Virus record (IMG/VR): IMGVR_UViG_3300019890_000002
Coordinates: 1 to 31,772 of that record
Source: a virus
Direction: 5' to 3' (one strand)
DNA: 31,772 nt
Part shown: positions 23,101 to 31,441 of the stretch, in pieces
Numbering within the stretch: position 1 is the first letter of the stretch
Layout of the letters: every line of letters starts with the position of its first letter
Translations under genes and position numbers: made by a program
The notes under the pieces: generated by a model
Database searches by the model: none
What the model was told of the DNA's origin: nothing
What the model saw: the letters and a program-made list of their open reading frames with translations, nothing else

Positions 23101-23786
23101 AAGGTCACCACCTTCGCGTGACCCACCCTCACTTCACTGGCGACATGAATTGGAACGCCGGCCCGCGCCGCCTTACGGCAGAACGACAGGTCCTCGCCAT
23201 ACGAGATCCCGTCGTCCGTTTCCTCACTGAACGGGGCCGGCCCGACCGCCTCGAACGCCGAGCGGTGGATGAGCACGCACCCGGTGCCCACTGCCGCGAC
23301 TTTCTGCACCGGGTCCATGGGCGTCTTCACGCTCCACGGGATCAGCTGCCCGAAATGGTCGGTGTAAGCCGCCCAGTGCAGCGAGGGCCATTCCCCCACC
23401 GGGTGCATACCGGGGTCGTGGGCCACCACGGGGACGGCGGCAGCGAGGATGGGGCGCCTCGCCGGGTCGGCGAGGCGCAGCAGTGCAGGCAGCGTCTCCG
23501 GGCCGAACACGGTGTCGCTGTCGGTGAACCACAGCCATTCCTGCTGGCTGGCCATGAGTGCCGAGGCTGCCGCGTTCCTGGTTACTGACAGGTTCGGCCC
23601 GGACGGCTGGTCGAGGAACGACCCCAGCAGTGCGGCGTTGTCGCTGGTGAGCATGGCGATCACCGACGACATGAACGCAGCCCGCACGTCCTCACCGTGC
23701 AGCCACGCCCAGAAGACGGTACCTGAGCGCAGCGAAGCCTCCCTGGCCGCCGCAGCGGACGGGGAGACTTCGGCCACGATTGTCAT
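23097..23786 (-). CDS. GT-A fold (family 2-like) glycosyltransferase
   Basis: DxD motif in LWFTDSDTVF. Also GTGCVLIHRSAFE and YGEDLSFCRKAARAGVPIHV...VGH. Confidence 0.75.
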   Translation of the reverse strand: MTIVAEVSPSAAAAREASLRSGTVFWAWLHGEDVRAAFMSSVIAMLTSDNAALLGSFLDQPSGPNLSVTRNAAASALMASQQEWLWFTDSDTVFGPETLPALLRLADPARRPILAAAVPVVAHDPGMHPVGEWPSLHWAAYTDHFGQLIPWSVKTPMDPVQKVAAVGTGCVLIHRSAFEAVGPAPFSEETDDGISYGEDLSFCRKAARAGVPIHVASEVRVGHAKVVTL

Positions 23787-23788
23787 GG

Positions 23789-24241
23789 TCAGGCGCTCAC
23801 GATCGCCAGGTTCTCCGGCTTCCGCTGCACGGTCAGGTCGTACAGGATCGCCGTAAGGTCGGCCGTGTTGACCCCGGTGACCTTGATGTAGTCGTAGCCG
23901 TCAGCCAGCTCGGACACCAGGAAGTCCACGTACGACGCGTAGCTCGACGTAGCGGCGACCGTCAGCGTCGAGGTCGACCAGGACCCGGCGTGCGAGGTCC
24001 AGGCGGCGGTGGAGGCCACGCGGGAGTACCAGGTGCCCGGCTGACCGAACCCGCTGGCCGTGGTGGCGTTGTTGTAGCTGCCGCCAAACGACGTTGCGGC
24101 GGTGAACGCCAGCGTCGCCGAGCCGGTGGCACTCGTGCGGGCGACAAACGCGATGCCGGACGCGTTCTTGAGGCTGATGCCGATGCCGGAAGCGCCCGGG
24201 ATAACATCCAGGACCCTCCCCAGGGCCTTCATTCCTGCCAT
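23789..24241 (-). CDS. Hypothetical protein (150 aa) directly after the capsid gene; decoration-protein candidate
   Basis: Called on position and Ser/Thr/Ala-rich composition. Confidence 0.5.
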   Translation of the reverse strand: MAGMKALGRVLDVIPGASGIGISLKNASGIAFVARTSATGSATLAFTAATSFGGSYNNATTASGFGQPGTWYSRVASTAAWTSHAGSWSTSTLTVAATSSYASYVDFLVSELADGYDYIKVTGVNTADLTAILYDLTVQRKPENLAIVSA

Positions 24242-24289
24242 TTCAGACTCTTTTCTTGGAAGTGGGCGTTACTGCACTTCTGCTAATTC

Positions 24290-24317
24290 GGGGGCGGGGG
24301 ATTCATTGCCCGCCCCC
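24290..24317 (-). terminator. 9-bp all-GC hairpin (GGGGGCGGG-N10-CCCGCCCCC) just downstream of the capsid gene stop
   Basis: Read directly from the sequence. No U-tract follows. Confidence 0.4.
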
Positions 24318-24324
24318 TACCTGG

Positions 24325-25740
24325 TCAGGAACCGACCGCCAGGCCGACGAACGCCGACAGGGTGCTGGTCGAGCCGTTGTGCGGGGTGAGGGCGCTCTGC
24401 AGCCAGGGCCGGCCGTCGACGCGCTCGATGATCCGGTATGCGGTCTGGTCGTTCTGGAACGCGTAGTGCTCCGAGGCCGAGATGGCCATGGCCTGCCGGT
24501 CACCGATCAGGTAGTAGGACAGGTCCACGAAGGAGATGTCACCGACGGTGCCCAGCTTCGGCACCTTCTCGGTGAAGATCACCGGGCGGCCCATGATGTT
24601 CACCGGAGGTGCATCCGAGGCGTCCCGGGCAGCCCAGCCACCCAGCCAGATGCCGGGGTTGGTCTGGCTCATCAGGGCCAGCTGCGGGAACGTGTCGATG
24701 GATGCGATCCATACGGCGGTGGACAAACTCTGCGGCAGCATCCGGGCATACATGCCGACGATGTCAGCCCAGGCGATCAGGTTGGCACCGGCGCGGGCGG
24801 CCTGCACGTAGGACGGGTTCTGGGCACCGATGCAGCCCATCGGGGTGCCAGCGCCGGTCTCGGTCAGGAACGCGACATCCTCAGACCAGGCGAGGCCGGC
24901 GGGGACCCGGGTGTCGAACCAGCCCGAGAAGGCCGGTGCGTCGGCGAGCAGCTCGTTCGGGACCTTGAAGAAGCCGGTCAGCTTCTTCGCGTCCAGCACC
25001 ACCCGGCCGAAGCTGGCCTGCGACTCGGTGAGACTCGAAGACTCCTCGGCCCAGTAGTACTCGACGCCGCCGAACAGGCTGGACACGTGGCTGGTGTCGT
25101 CCACGGTGGGGATCGGCACCCGCAGCGTGCTCATCGGGATAACCGTCGCGCGGGACCGGACGATGGACTCTTCCAGGGCCAGCTGCAGAAGCTCGGACCG
25201 CATGATCTCGGGGACCAGGAAGCCACCGGCGCCCGGGTCCTCAGACCCGAAGCTGTTCTGGAAGGACCGGACGTTCTCCAGCTTCTGGAGCAGCGTCTTG
25301 CGGCCCGGGTTCGAGGTCGGCCGGGCTTCCTCACGGATCGCCTGGCAGTACTCGCCGATGGAACCGAACCGGTCCTCAGCCTTGAACGTGGCCTCGAAGC
25401 CCGCACCAGGCGAGTACTTGTTGTATACGGCGCCCTTCCCGCGGCTGATCACCGGGGTGCCGTCCGCGCTGAGCCCTGGCTTGCCGTTCACCAGGCCGGC
25501 ACGGTTCAGCGGATGGCCGCCACCCAGGCCGTTTTCCCTGACGAACTCGGCCATGCCGAGCTGCAGCTGCTCGCTGATCTGCTGCTTGAGGCTGCCGTCC
25601 TTCTCCATGGTGACAACCGCGTACTTGCTCAGGAACTCCTTGCGTGTGTCCGGGTCGGACATCACGTTCTTGAGCACCTGCGGGGTGTTCAGCATCTCCT
25701 CCAGCTCAGCCGAGCCGGTCGGAATGACGATCTTGGTCAT
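24325..25740 (-). CDS. Major capsid protein, HK97 fold, with N-terminal delta/scaffold-like domain
   Basis: 471 aa directly after the protease. GGFLVPEIMRSELLQLALEESIVRSRATVIPM...ISFVDLSYYLIGDRQ is typical of HK97-family capsids. Confidence 0.9.
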   Translation of the reverse strand: MTKIVIPTGSAELEEMLNTPQVLKNVMSDPDTRKEFLSKYAVVTMEKDGSLKQQISEQLQLGMAEFVRENGLGGGHPLNRAGLVNGKPGLSADGTPVISRGKGAVYNKYSPGAGFEATFKAEDRFGSIGEYCQAIREEARPTSNPGRKTLLQKLENVRSFQNSFGSEDPGAGGFLVPEIMRSELLQLALEESIVRSRATVIPMSTLRVPIPTVDDTSHVSSLFGGVEYYWAEESSSLTESQASFGRVVLDAKKLTGFFKVPNELLADAPAFSGWFDTRVPAGLAWSEDVAFLTETGAGTPMGCIGAQNPSYVQAARAGANLIAWADIVGMYARMLPQSLSTAVWIASIDTFPQLALMSQTNPGIWLGGWAARDASDAPPVNIMGRPVIFTEKVPKLGTVGDISFVDLSYYLIGDRQAMAISASEHYAFQNDQTAYRIIERVDGRPWLQSALTPHNGSTSTLSAFVGLAVGS

Positions 25741-26894
25741 TACTTGCTCCCTTCCGGAAGGTCGAGCCGGAACAGTTCCGGGACGGCGAGTTCCGCCCAG
25801 ATGTCTTCGTCGGACTGGCTTGAAGGCGAGGCCATCGAGCCGTCACCGCCCCAGTTGTCCGGGATGCGTGACGACAGGCCGAGGGCCTTAGCGCGTTTGG
25901 TGATGTGGCGCCGGATCGCGTCATGACCTGAGCCGCCCCGGCCTACCGCATGGATCGCGTTGTCCAGATCCTCGGCGTCAGCGATGGGGTAGGAGCCGTC
26001 CTCCATCGCCTGGCCGTTCTTGGCCATGCGGTCGCGGTCGTCCTGGTTGTACTTCGCGTTGCGGGGCAGCTGGCCGTACTGGCCGGTCTGGTCTGGCTTA
26101 GCCTTGGGCTTCGGCGGGATGGGCTTGATCTGCTTGCCGTCCGCATCCCAGTAGTCGTGGTCCTTGTCGCCTTCAGGCGTGCTGTCGTCGTCGCCGTCGC
26201 CGTCCGGGTCGAACCGCACCTTGCCGTCGGGGTCCTGCACCCAGCCGTCACCGAGCTGCTTCGGCTGCCCGCCGGGGCCGTTGTACACCGACAGGTCCCA
26301 GGCGCTGCCAGGGGCTTCCTCGCCGAGAATCTTGTCCGCCAGGCCGGCGTCGACGGCTTCGCGGTCGCTGTACCAGGTTTCGGTGCGCATCGCGGTGCGC
26401 CACGTCTCCGCCGGCTGGCCAGTGCGGTCCGAGTAGATGGACGCGATGTTGTCGCTGGCCTTGTCGAGCAGGCCGGCCATCTCCCGCATGTCCGCGGCGT
26501 TGCCGATGGCCATCCCGAAGCCGTCGTGGATCATCAGCTGGGAGTGCGGCGCCATGGCCAGCTCACCCGGGGACGCGGCCTGGCAGATGAACGACGCAGC
26601 CGAGGCGGCCAGGCCGTCCACCACGATGGATACGGTGCCAGGGTGCTGCCGGAGGGCGTTGTAGATGGCGATGCCGTCGAAGACATCGCCGCCAGGGCTG
26701 TTCACGTGCAGCTCGATGTCACCGGGGAGACCACCCAGCTCGTTCACGAAGTCCTGGGCGGACACTCCGAACATGCCGATCTCGTCGTAGACGGAGACCC
26801 GGGCGGGCCCGGTGGCGTTCCGCACGACCTTGTACCAGCCGGCTCGCTGCAGGTTGGACAGCCGGCGCGTGGTCCGCAGCGGGCGCTTGTCCAT
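25740..26894 (-). CDS. ClpP-type (S14) prohead protease with a roughly 190-aa acidic/Pro-Lys C-terminal extension
   Basis: SVYDEIGMFGVSAQDF...ELHVNSPGGDVFDGIAIYNAL...VDGLAASAASFI. The C-terminal part carries GSYPIADAEDLDNAIHAVGRGG...ITKRAKALGL. Confidence 0.9.
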   Translation of the reverse strand: MDKRPLRTTRRLSNLQRAGWYKVVRNATGPARVSVYDEIGMFGVSAQDFVNELGGLPGDIELHVNSPGGDVFDGIAIYNALRQHPGTVSIVVDGLAASAASFICQAASPGELAMAPHSQLMIHDGFGMAIGNAADMREMAGLLDKASDNIASIYSDRTGQPAETWRTAMRTETWYSDREAVDAGLADKILGEEAPGSAWDLSVYNGPGGQPKQLGDGWVQDPDGKVRFDPDGDGDDDSTPEGDKDHDYWDADGKQIKPIPPKPKAKPDQTGQYGQLPRNAKYNQDDRDRMAKNGQAMEDGSYPIADAEDLDNAIHAVGRGGSGHDAIRRHITKRAKALGLSSRIPDNWGGDGSMASPSSQSDEDIWAELAVPELFRLDLPEGSK

Positions 26895-28285
26895 CAGAAC
26901 CTCCCGGCCAGCTCGACTGGCTGGTGACCGTTTGAAAGGACCTTGCGGACCCGTGCAGCCATCTGCTCCGGCTGGTCGGCCGACTCGCCCGGCTGTGGCG
27001 GGCCAGCTGGTGCTGCGGGGGCGCCGGGAACCCAGCCGGGCGGCAGGGCGGGCAGCTGGGTGGCCTTCTCGGCGATGCCCATGTCCGGCAGGCCGACCGT
27101 TTCGAGAACGTCATGCGGGTCATAGCCAGCGGAGACCAGGAGCTGCACCGCGGTGGACTTGTTCTTCAGCTCCATCGCGTCCTGCTCCCGGTTCGTCGGC
27201 ACCGGGGTGACGTAATCGAATTCCACGCCCTCACCGGCGGAGCCGAACATGGGCAGGAAGACGTTGTTGAGCATGTCCTTCTTGCGGTCGAGGCGCGGGA
27301 CCACGCCCCAGCTGGAGAAAACTTCCTCGCCGGTTTGCGCATTAGCGCGGTTAACGTCATCGGACACACCAAGCATCACTTTGTGCATCCGGTACGCCTC
27401 ACGGACAATGTCGCGGGTCAGGTTCCGCAGGTTAGCGAAGTCCATGTCGGTGACCGACATCTGGTTCGGCTGCCAGGTGGCGCCGTTCTCCAGGATTGCC
27501 ACCCGGTGAGCGCGGGCCACACCCCGGTGCGCTTCACGCCAGCGGTTCGAGAAGTTCTCGTATTCGGTGTCGTCCCATGAGTCGGGGACGGTGATGATGC
27601 CGTCCGGGCGCGCGGAGTTGATGAAGAAGTTCCGGTTCCAGTTGGCGCTGTACTTCGAGGCGTCAACGTCCACGAGGACGGACTGGACGGGGCCCAGCCC
27701 GTGCATCGGGTCCAGCGGGTTCGGGTAGACGACCTGAATGACCTCATCAGGCGCCAGGGGGATCTTCTCCAGCCCATCAGGACTGGTGTAAATCCAGCCC
27801 TTGATGTAGTTCTCCGGGTCCGGTACCGGTTCCATCCGGTCGGGGCGCACCGGCCAGATACTGGTCGGGAAGTTCACGCCACCGTCGCGGCCCAGGACCC
27901 AGTAGGACTCGCCGGTCAGGTCCAGGTACATCTGGTCGGCCTCGAACAGCCGGGTCCGCGTGTAGAAGTCGTTCGGCTTGTTGACCAGCGACAGCGCGGC
28001 ATGCTGGACCACTTCGGTGCGCTGGTCCACCGGGTTGTCGTTCGTGGTGTAGCGGACCCGTGCATCCTTCGGCTGCTTGCGGAACAGGTGCCACTCGACC
28101 CGGGAGCAGGATTCGGCGTACAGGGAAACGCAGGAGTAGACGGTGCCCATCACGCTGTAGGCGTGCATGAGGTTTTCGGAGCCCGCGACGCTGGACGTGA
28201 GATAGCTGAGGCTGTGGAACTGGGACGCCGCCATCGGCACCGGAGGGTTCCCGGCATTGCGCAGCCGCCGCAGTGCGCTTTTCAC
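26894..28285 (-). CDS. Portal protein, HK97 family
   Basis: 463 aa, GTG start, 1-nt overlap with the protease gene. Typical portal length and synteny (ESYWVL, FANLRNLTRDIVREAYRMHKVMLG). Confidence 0.88.
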   Translation of the reverse strand: MKSALRRLRNAGNPPVPMAASQFHSLSYLTSSVAGSENLMHAYSVMGTVYSCVSLYAESCSRVEWHLFRKQPKDARVRYTTNDNPVDQRTEVVQHAALSLVNKPNDFYTRTRLFEADQMYLDLTGESYWVLGRDGGVNFPTSIWPVRPDRMEPVPDPENYIKGWIYTSPDGLEKIPLAPDEVIQVVYPNPLDPMHGLGPVQSVLVDVDASKYSANWNRNFFINSARPDGIITVPDSWDDTEYENFSNRWREAHRGVARAHRVAILENGATWQPNQMSVTDMDFANLRNLTRDIVREAYRMHKVMLGVSDDVNRANAQTGEEVFSSWGVVPRLDRKKDMLNNVFLPMFGSAGEGVEFDYVTPVPTNREQDAMELKNKSTAVQLLVSAGYDPHDVLETVGLPDMGIAEKATQLPALPPGWVPGAPAAPAGPPQPGESADQPEQMAARVRKVLSNGHQPVELAGRF

Positions 28286-28557
28286 TTCTCGTCCGCAATG
28301 ACGTGCTCAACGAGGATCAGCGAGAGCCCGGTGCAGATCCAGCCGGCTACTGAGTTCGCCGTGAAGATGCCTACGTCAACGCACCCGGCACCAAGGACAG
28401 TGAGCGGGATCGAGGCGAGGTTCCGGAGTGCAGCCCGGTGCGGCTCGATGACTTTCCGGCCGGTGCGGACACTGGCACTGGCGATTCCTGCGGACCACTG
28501 AGAGAGCCTCTGGCCGAAACCGGAGCCGTGGGTCCTGGGAATCGCCGTGACTGCCAC
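28282..28557 (-). CDS. Two-TM membrane protein (91 aa), first gene of the late operon
   Basis: GTG 28557 with GGAG upstream and a GTGA overlap with the portal gene. Hydrophobic stretches IPLTVLGAGCVDVGIF and VAGWICTGLSLILV. Confidence 0.55.
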   Translation of the reverse strand: MAVTAIPRTHGSGFGQRLSQWSAGIASASVRTGRKVIEPHRAALRNLASIPLTVLGAGCVDVGIFTANSVAGWICTGLSLILVEHVIADEK

Positions 28558-28589
28558 TCATCACTCCGAGCGGTTAACATTCAGGAAAG

Positions 28590-28613
28590 AGATCGTTAGC
28601 CGGCTAGCGATCT
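28590..28613. promoter_or_regulatory. 24-bp near-perfect palindrome AGATCGTTAGCCGGCTAGCGATCT in the 63-bp divergent terminase/structural intergenic region
   Basis: 11 of 12 pairs are complementary. It shares the half-site GATCGTTAGC with the palindrome at 173-195. Confidence 0.5.
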
Positions 28614-28641
28614 ACCTGAAGTGTGGCCGACGGAGCTGCAT

Positions 28642-28941
28642 ATGGCAACTCGGAGTTTGCGCGACGCTGACGAGCTTCTGCTGCCCTGCGTGAACGCAGC
28701 GATAGCAGCACTGGAATTGCAGGACCGTGATCAGGCAATTGCTGCCCTAGCGCGTCGCTATGCGTCCGTGATTGACGACTGCGCCAACCCGGAATGGGGT
28801 ATGCGCTGGATCGCGCCGCTCCTGCATGAAGCCCTGGAATCCCTCGGGGCCACCCCGGTTGCCCGGTCCAAGGTCAAGGAAGGGAAGCAGTTCAGTGGCA
28901 CCGGCCAGCTCGCCGCGCTCCGGTCCGCGCGTCGCGCGTAA
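28642..28941 (+). CDS. Terminase small subunit candidate
   Basis: ATG 28642 with GGAG 6 nt upstream. ALARRYASVIDD...IAPLLHEALESLGATPVARSKV...LAALRSARR resembles actinophage TerS. Lies directly upstream of TerL. Confidence 0.55.
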   Translation: MATRSLRDADELLLPCVNAAIAALELQDRDQAIAALARRYASVIDDCANPEWGMRWIAPLLHEALESLGATPVARSKVKEGKQFSGTGQLAALRSARRA

Positions 28942-30460
28942 GGCGCCCTGCCGGCTACGGGACTGCGATGAGCCGGCAGTTGCCCAGCGCGTCTGTGATG
29001 GACACCTCCAGGAGCGCTTCCCTGCCGAGTGGGCCAGGCTTCACAAGATCACCGGGAAGGTCGAGCCCCGGCTGTTCACCGAGCCGCTCCGGCCGCTGAG
29101 CCGGAAGACTTCCCGCGGCTACGAGATCATCGACTTCGCCGAACTGGCCGGCGAGCCACTGCTGCCCTGGCAGAAGCACGCGGTGATCCGCGCCATGGAG
29201 CTGCTCACCGATGGCAGCTACCGGTTCCGGGTCATTCTCATCCTGGTTGCCCGGCAGAACGGCAAGAGCCAGCTCAAGCGCACTGTGAGCCTCTGGCGCC
29301 TCTACATGGAGCCGCGGAGCTTCATCCTCGGCTGCGCCCAGGACGTCTCGCTGGCCCGGGAGCAGTGGAACTACGCCCAGGAGACCATCCTGGCCTGCCC
29401 GGACCTGAAGAACGAGCTGGCCAAGGTCCGCAACGTCAACGGCGACGAGCAGTTCATGCTCAGCAACGGGTCCAGGTACAAGATCGCCGCCTCGAACCGC
29501 AAGGCCGGGCGTGGGCTCTCCATCGACGAGCTGAACATCGATGAGCTGCGTGAGCAGCGGTCCTGGGATGCCTGGTCTGCGCTGTCCAAGACGACGATGG
29601 CCCGGCACAACTCCCAGATCTGGTGCATGAGCAACGCCGGCGACGACGAGAGCGTGGTGCTCAACCAGCTGCGGGATGCCGCGCTGTCCGGACGCGACCC
29701 GTCCATCTGCCTGCTGGAGTGGTCCGCAGCAGACGGATGCGAGCTGGACGACGAGGTCGCCTGGGCGCAGGCCAACCCGGGACTCGGGCACACCGTTTCG
29801 CACGCTGCGATCCGGTCAGCGCTCGGCACCGACCCTCCTGGCGTGTTCCGCACCGAGGTGCTGTGCCAGAAGGTGGACCAGATAGATGGCGCCGTCGACT
29901 ACAACGCCTGGAAGGCGTGCGCGGACCCCTCCGGCTCGCTGGAGGGCCTGAAAGGCCGGGTCAGCTGCGCCTTCGACATCGCCCCAGACGGCGCCCATGC
30001 CACCCTGGCTGCCGCAGCCCAGCTGGACGACGGCCGGACCCGGGTTGAGGTCGTGCGGGCCTGGACGAGCACCGACCAGGCCCGCGACGAGATGCCGGAG
30101 CTGCTCGACCGGATCAGGCCGGTGTCCATCGCCTGGTATCCCACCGGCCCTGGCGCCGCCTTCGCGCCGATGCTGCGCCCCCGGGCCGGCTCGCTGGAGA
30201 TCACCGGGATGAAGGTCGCCGAGGCGTGCCAGGGGCTGGCGGACCTGGTCTCAGCGAGGAAGATCGTGCACGGCGCGGAGGCTCTGCTCGACGCGCATGT
30301 CTCCGGGGCCCAGAAGCTGCCCAGCGGGGACGGCTGGCGGTTCACGCGCCGGGGCGGCGTAGGCCATGTCGATGCTGCCTACGCCGCCGCGGGTGCCATC
30401 TATGTGGCGCTCACCCAGGAGCCCGCGAAGAAGTCCCGGGTCAGATTCATGGCCTACTAG
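28895..30460 (+). CDS. Terminase large subunit
   Basis: LLPWQKHAVIRAMELL and Walker A-like VARQNGKSQL, followed by a nuclease half. The ORF is open from 28772. GTG 28895 (AAGGAAGGGAAG upstream) gives a 47-nt overlap with terS and is the preferred start. Confidence 0.88.
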   Translation: MAPASSPRSGPRVARKAPCRLRDCDEPAVAQRVCDGHLQERFPAEWARLHKITGKVEPRLFTEPLRPLSRKTSRGYEIIDFAELAGEPLLPWQKHAVIRAMELLTDGSYRFRVILILVARQNGKSQLKRTVSLWRLYMEPRSFILGCAQDVSLAREQWNYAQETILACPDLKNELAKVRNVNGDEQFMLSNGSRYKIAASNRKAGRGLSIDELNIDELREQRSWDAWSALSKTTMARHNSQIWCMSNAGDDESVVLNQLRDAALSGRDPSICLLEWSAADGCELDDEVAWAQANPGLGHTVSHAAIRSALGTDPPGVFRTEVLCQKVDQIDGAVDYNAWKACADPSGSLEGLKGRVSCAFDIAPDGAHATLAAAAQLDDGRTRVEVVRAWTSTDQARDEMPELLDRIRPVSIAWYPTGPGAAFAPMLRPRAGSLEITGMKVAEACQGLADLVSARKIVHGAEALLDAHVSGAQKLPSGDGWRFTRRGGVGHVDAAYAAAGAIYVALTQEPAKKSRVRFMAY

Positions 30461-30471
30461 CCAGTAACATC

Positions 30472-31011
30472 TCAGCTGGCCTGGACGATGTTCGCGGCGG
30501 TGATGACGCCGCTGGTGACGGTGTACGTGCCCTGGTAGGTGCGGACGGTGCCGTCATCCTGGAGCGCGACCAGCTCCGCGTTCACGGTCGGGCCGTTCCA
30601 GGTCGCATCCGTGCCGAGGCTGATACTGGCCGTGGTGGCGTAGCCGGCCACCCACTGGGCGTAGGGCATCCCGCCGATGTTGTCACCGCCCAGCGCCCAC
30701 GCTGCTGCGTAGTCGTGGTTAGTGATGTCCTGGTAGAACTGGTCCACCACGGCCTCGGAGTTCACCGGCGCCGGCACGGGCAGTGCTGCTGGCTGCGCCA
30801 CCGGCCGGGACTGGTGATGATGGCGCCGGGGAGACGGGCTCGCTGTGACAGTGCGGACCACGGTCACAGCCGGTCGCACTACAGGCGTCGCGGCGGCAGC
30901 GCGGCTAACTGCGGGCACCGGAGGGGCAGTTGAGCCGCATCCAGACGCCATCAGGCCCGCAACTGCCAGCATCGAGGCCACAACCAGGCCGGTCATCTTG
31001 ATCATTTTCAT
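30472..31011 (-). CDS. Secreted lipoprotein candidate (179 aa)
   Basis: Signal peptide MKMIKMTGLVVASMLAVAGLMASGC with a lipobox-like ASGC, a Pro/Ala linker, and a globular C-domain (DQFYQDITNHDYAAAWALGG...). Confidence 0.6.
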   Translation of the reverse strand: MKMIKMTGLVVASMLAVAGLMASGCGSTAPPVPAVSRAAAATPVVRPAVTVVRTVTASPSPRRHHHQSRPVAQPAALPVPAPVNSEAVVDQFYQDITNHDYAAAWALGGDNIGGMPYAQWVAGYATTASISLGTDATWNGPTVNAELVALQDDGTVRTYQGTYTVTSGVITAANIVQAS

Positions 31012-31271
31012 GCATTCCTACTTGTGGTGGCCGCGCTTGCGATGCCGCAGGCAACACCGGCGAGGCGGGGTGCACCATCCCAGTGGCCCCAGGTGACAAT
31101 CCAGGCCAGCCCCGCGACAACGAGGCAGACGAGGGCCACGGCGAGCATGAGCATCACGCCGGTCGCCTGGAAGGCGACTCGGAGCATCTCGGTGCCCGGC
31201 CCGTTGCTGGTGCGGACCGTCCGGCCGGAGGCGGTTTTACTAGTGTGGTAGTAGCGGGTTCCCATGATCAT
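31008..31271 (-). CDS. Membrane protein (87 aa)
   Basis: TM segment GVMLMLAVALVCLVVAGLAWIV. ATGA overlaps at both ends. Confidence 0.6.
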   Translation of the reverse strand: MIMGTRYYHTSKTASGRTVRTSNGPGTEMLRVAFQATGVMLMLAVALVCLVVAGLAWIVTWGHWDGAPRLAGVACGIASAATTSRNA

Positions 31272-31441
31272 GCGTCCTTCGCGTTGTCGTGGCCGCGGTT
31301 CTCGCGGCGCTCCATCTCGTCCAGCCCGAACCGCATCGCGATGAGCATCATCGAGTTCATCGAGCGCAACTCGGTCTCGGCCCGCACGGTGAGCCTGGCG
31401 TGCAGCTCATCCGGGAGCCGCACCTCTGTCCTGACCGTCAC
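31268..31441 (-). CDS. Ribbon-helix-helix (Arc/CopG-type) DNA-binding protein (57 aa)
   Basis: From GTG 31441 (GGAGG 7 nt upstream): VTVRTEVRLPDELHARLTVRAETELRSMNSMMLIAMRFGL. The upstream part of the 139-aa track ORF looks non-coding. Confidence 0.6.
   Translation of the reverse strand: MTVRTEVRLPDELHARLTVRAETELRSMNSMMLIAMRFGLDEMERRENRGHDNAKDA

Noticed and set aside
28772-28894. ATG 28772 (or ATG 28826) as the TerL start, as implied by the ORF track.
   Set aside because: These give 116-170-nt overlaps with terS and lack an RBS. GTG 28895 has a strong purine-rich SD and still includes the Cys/His motif.
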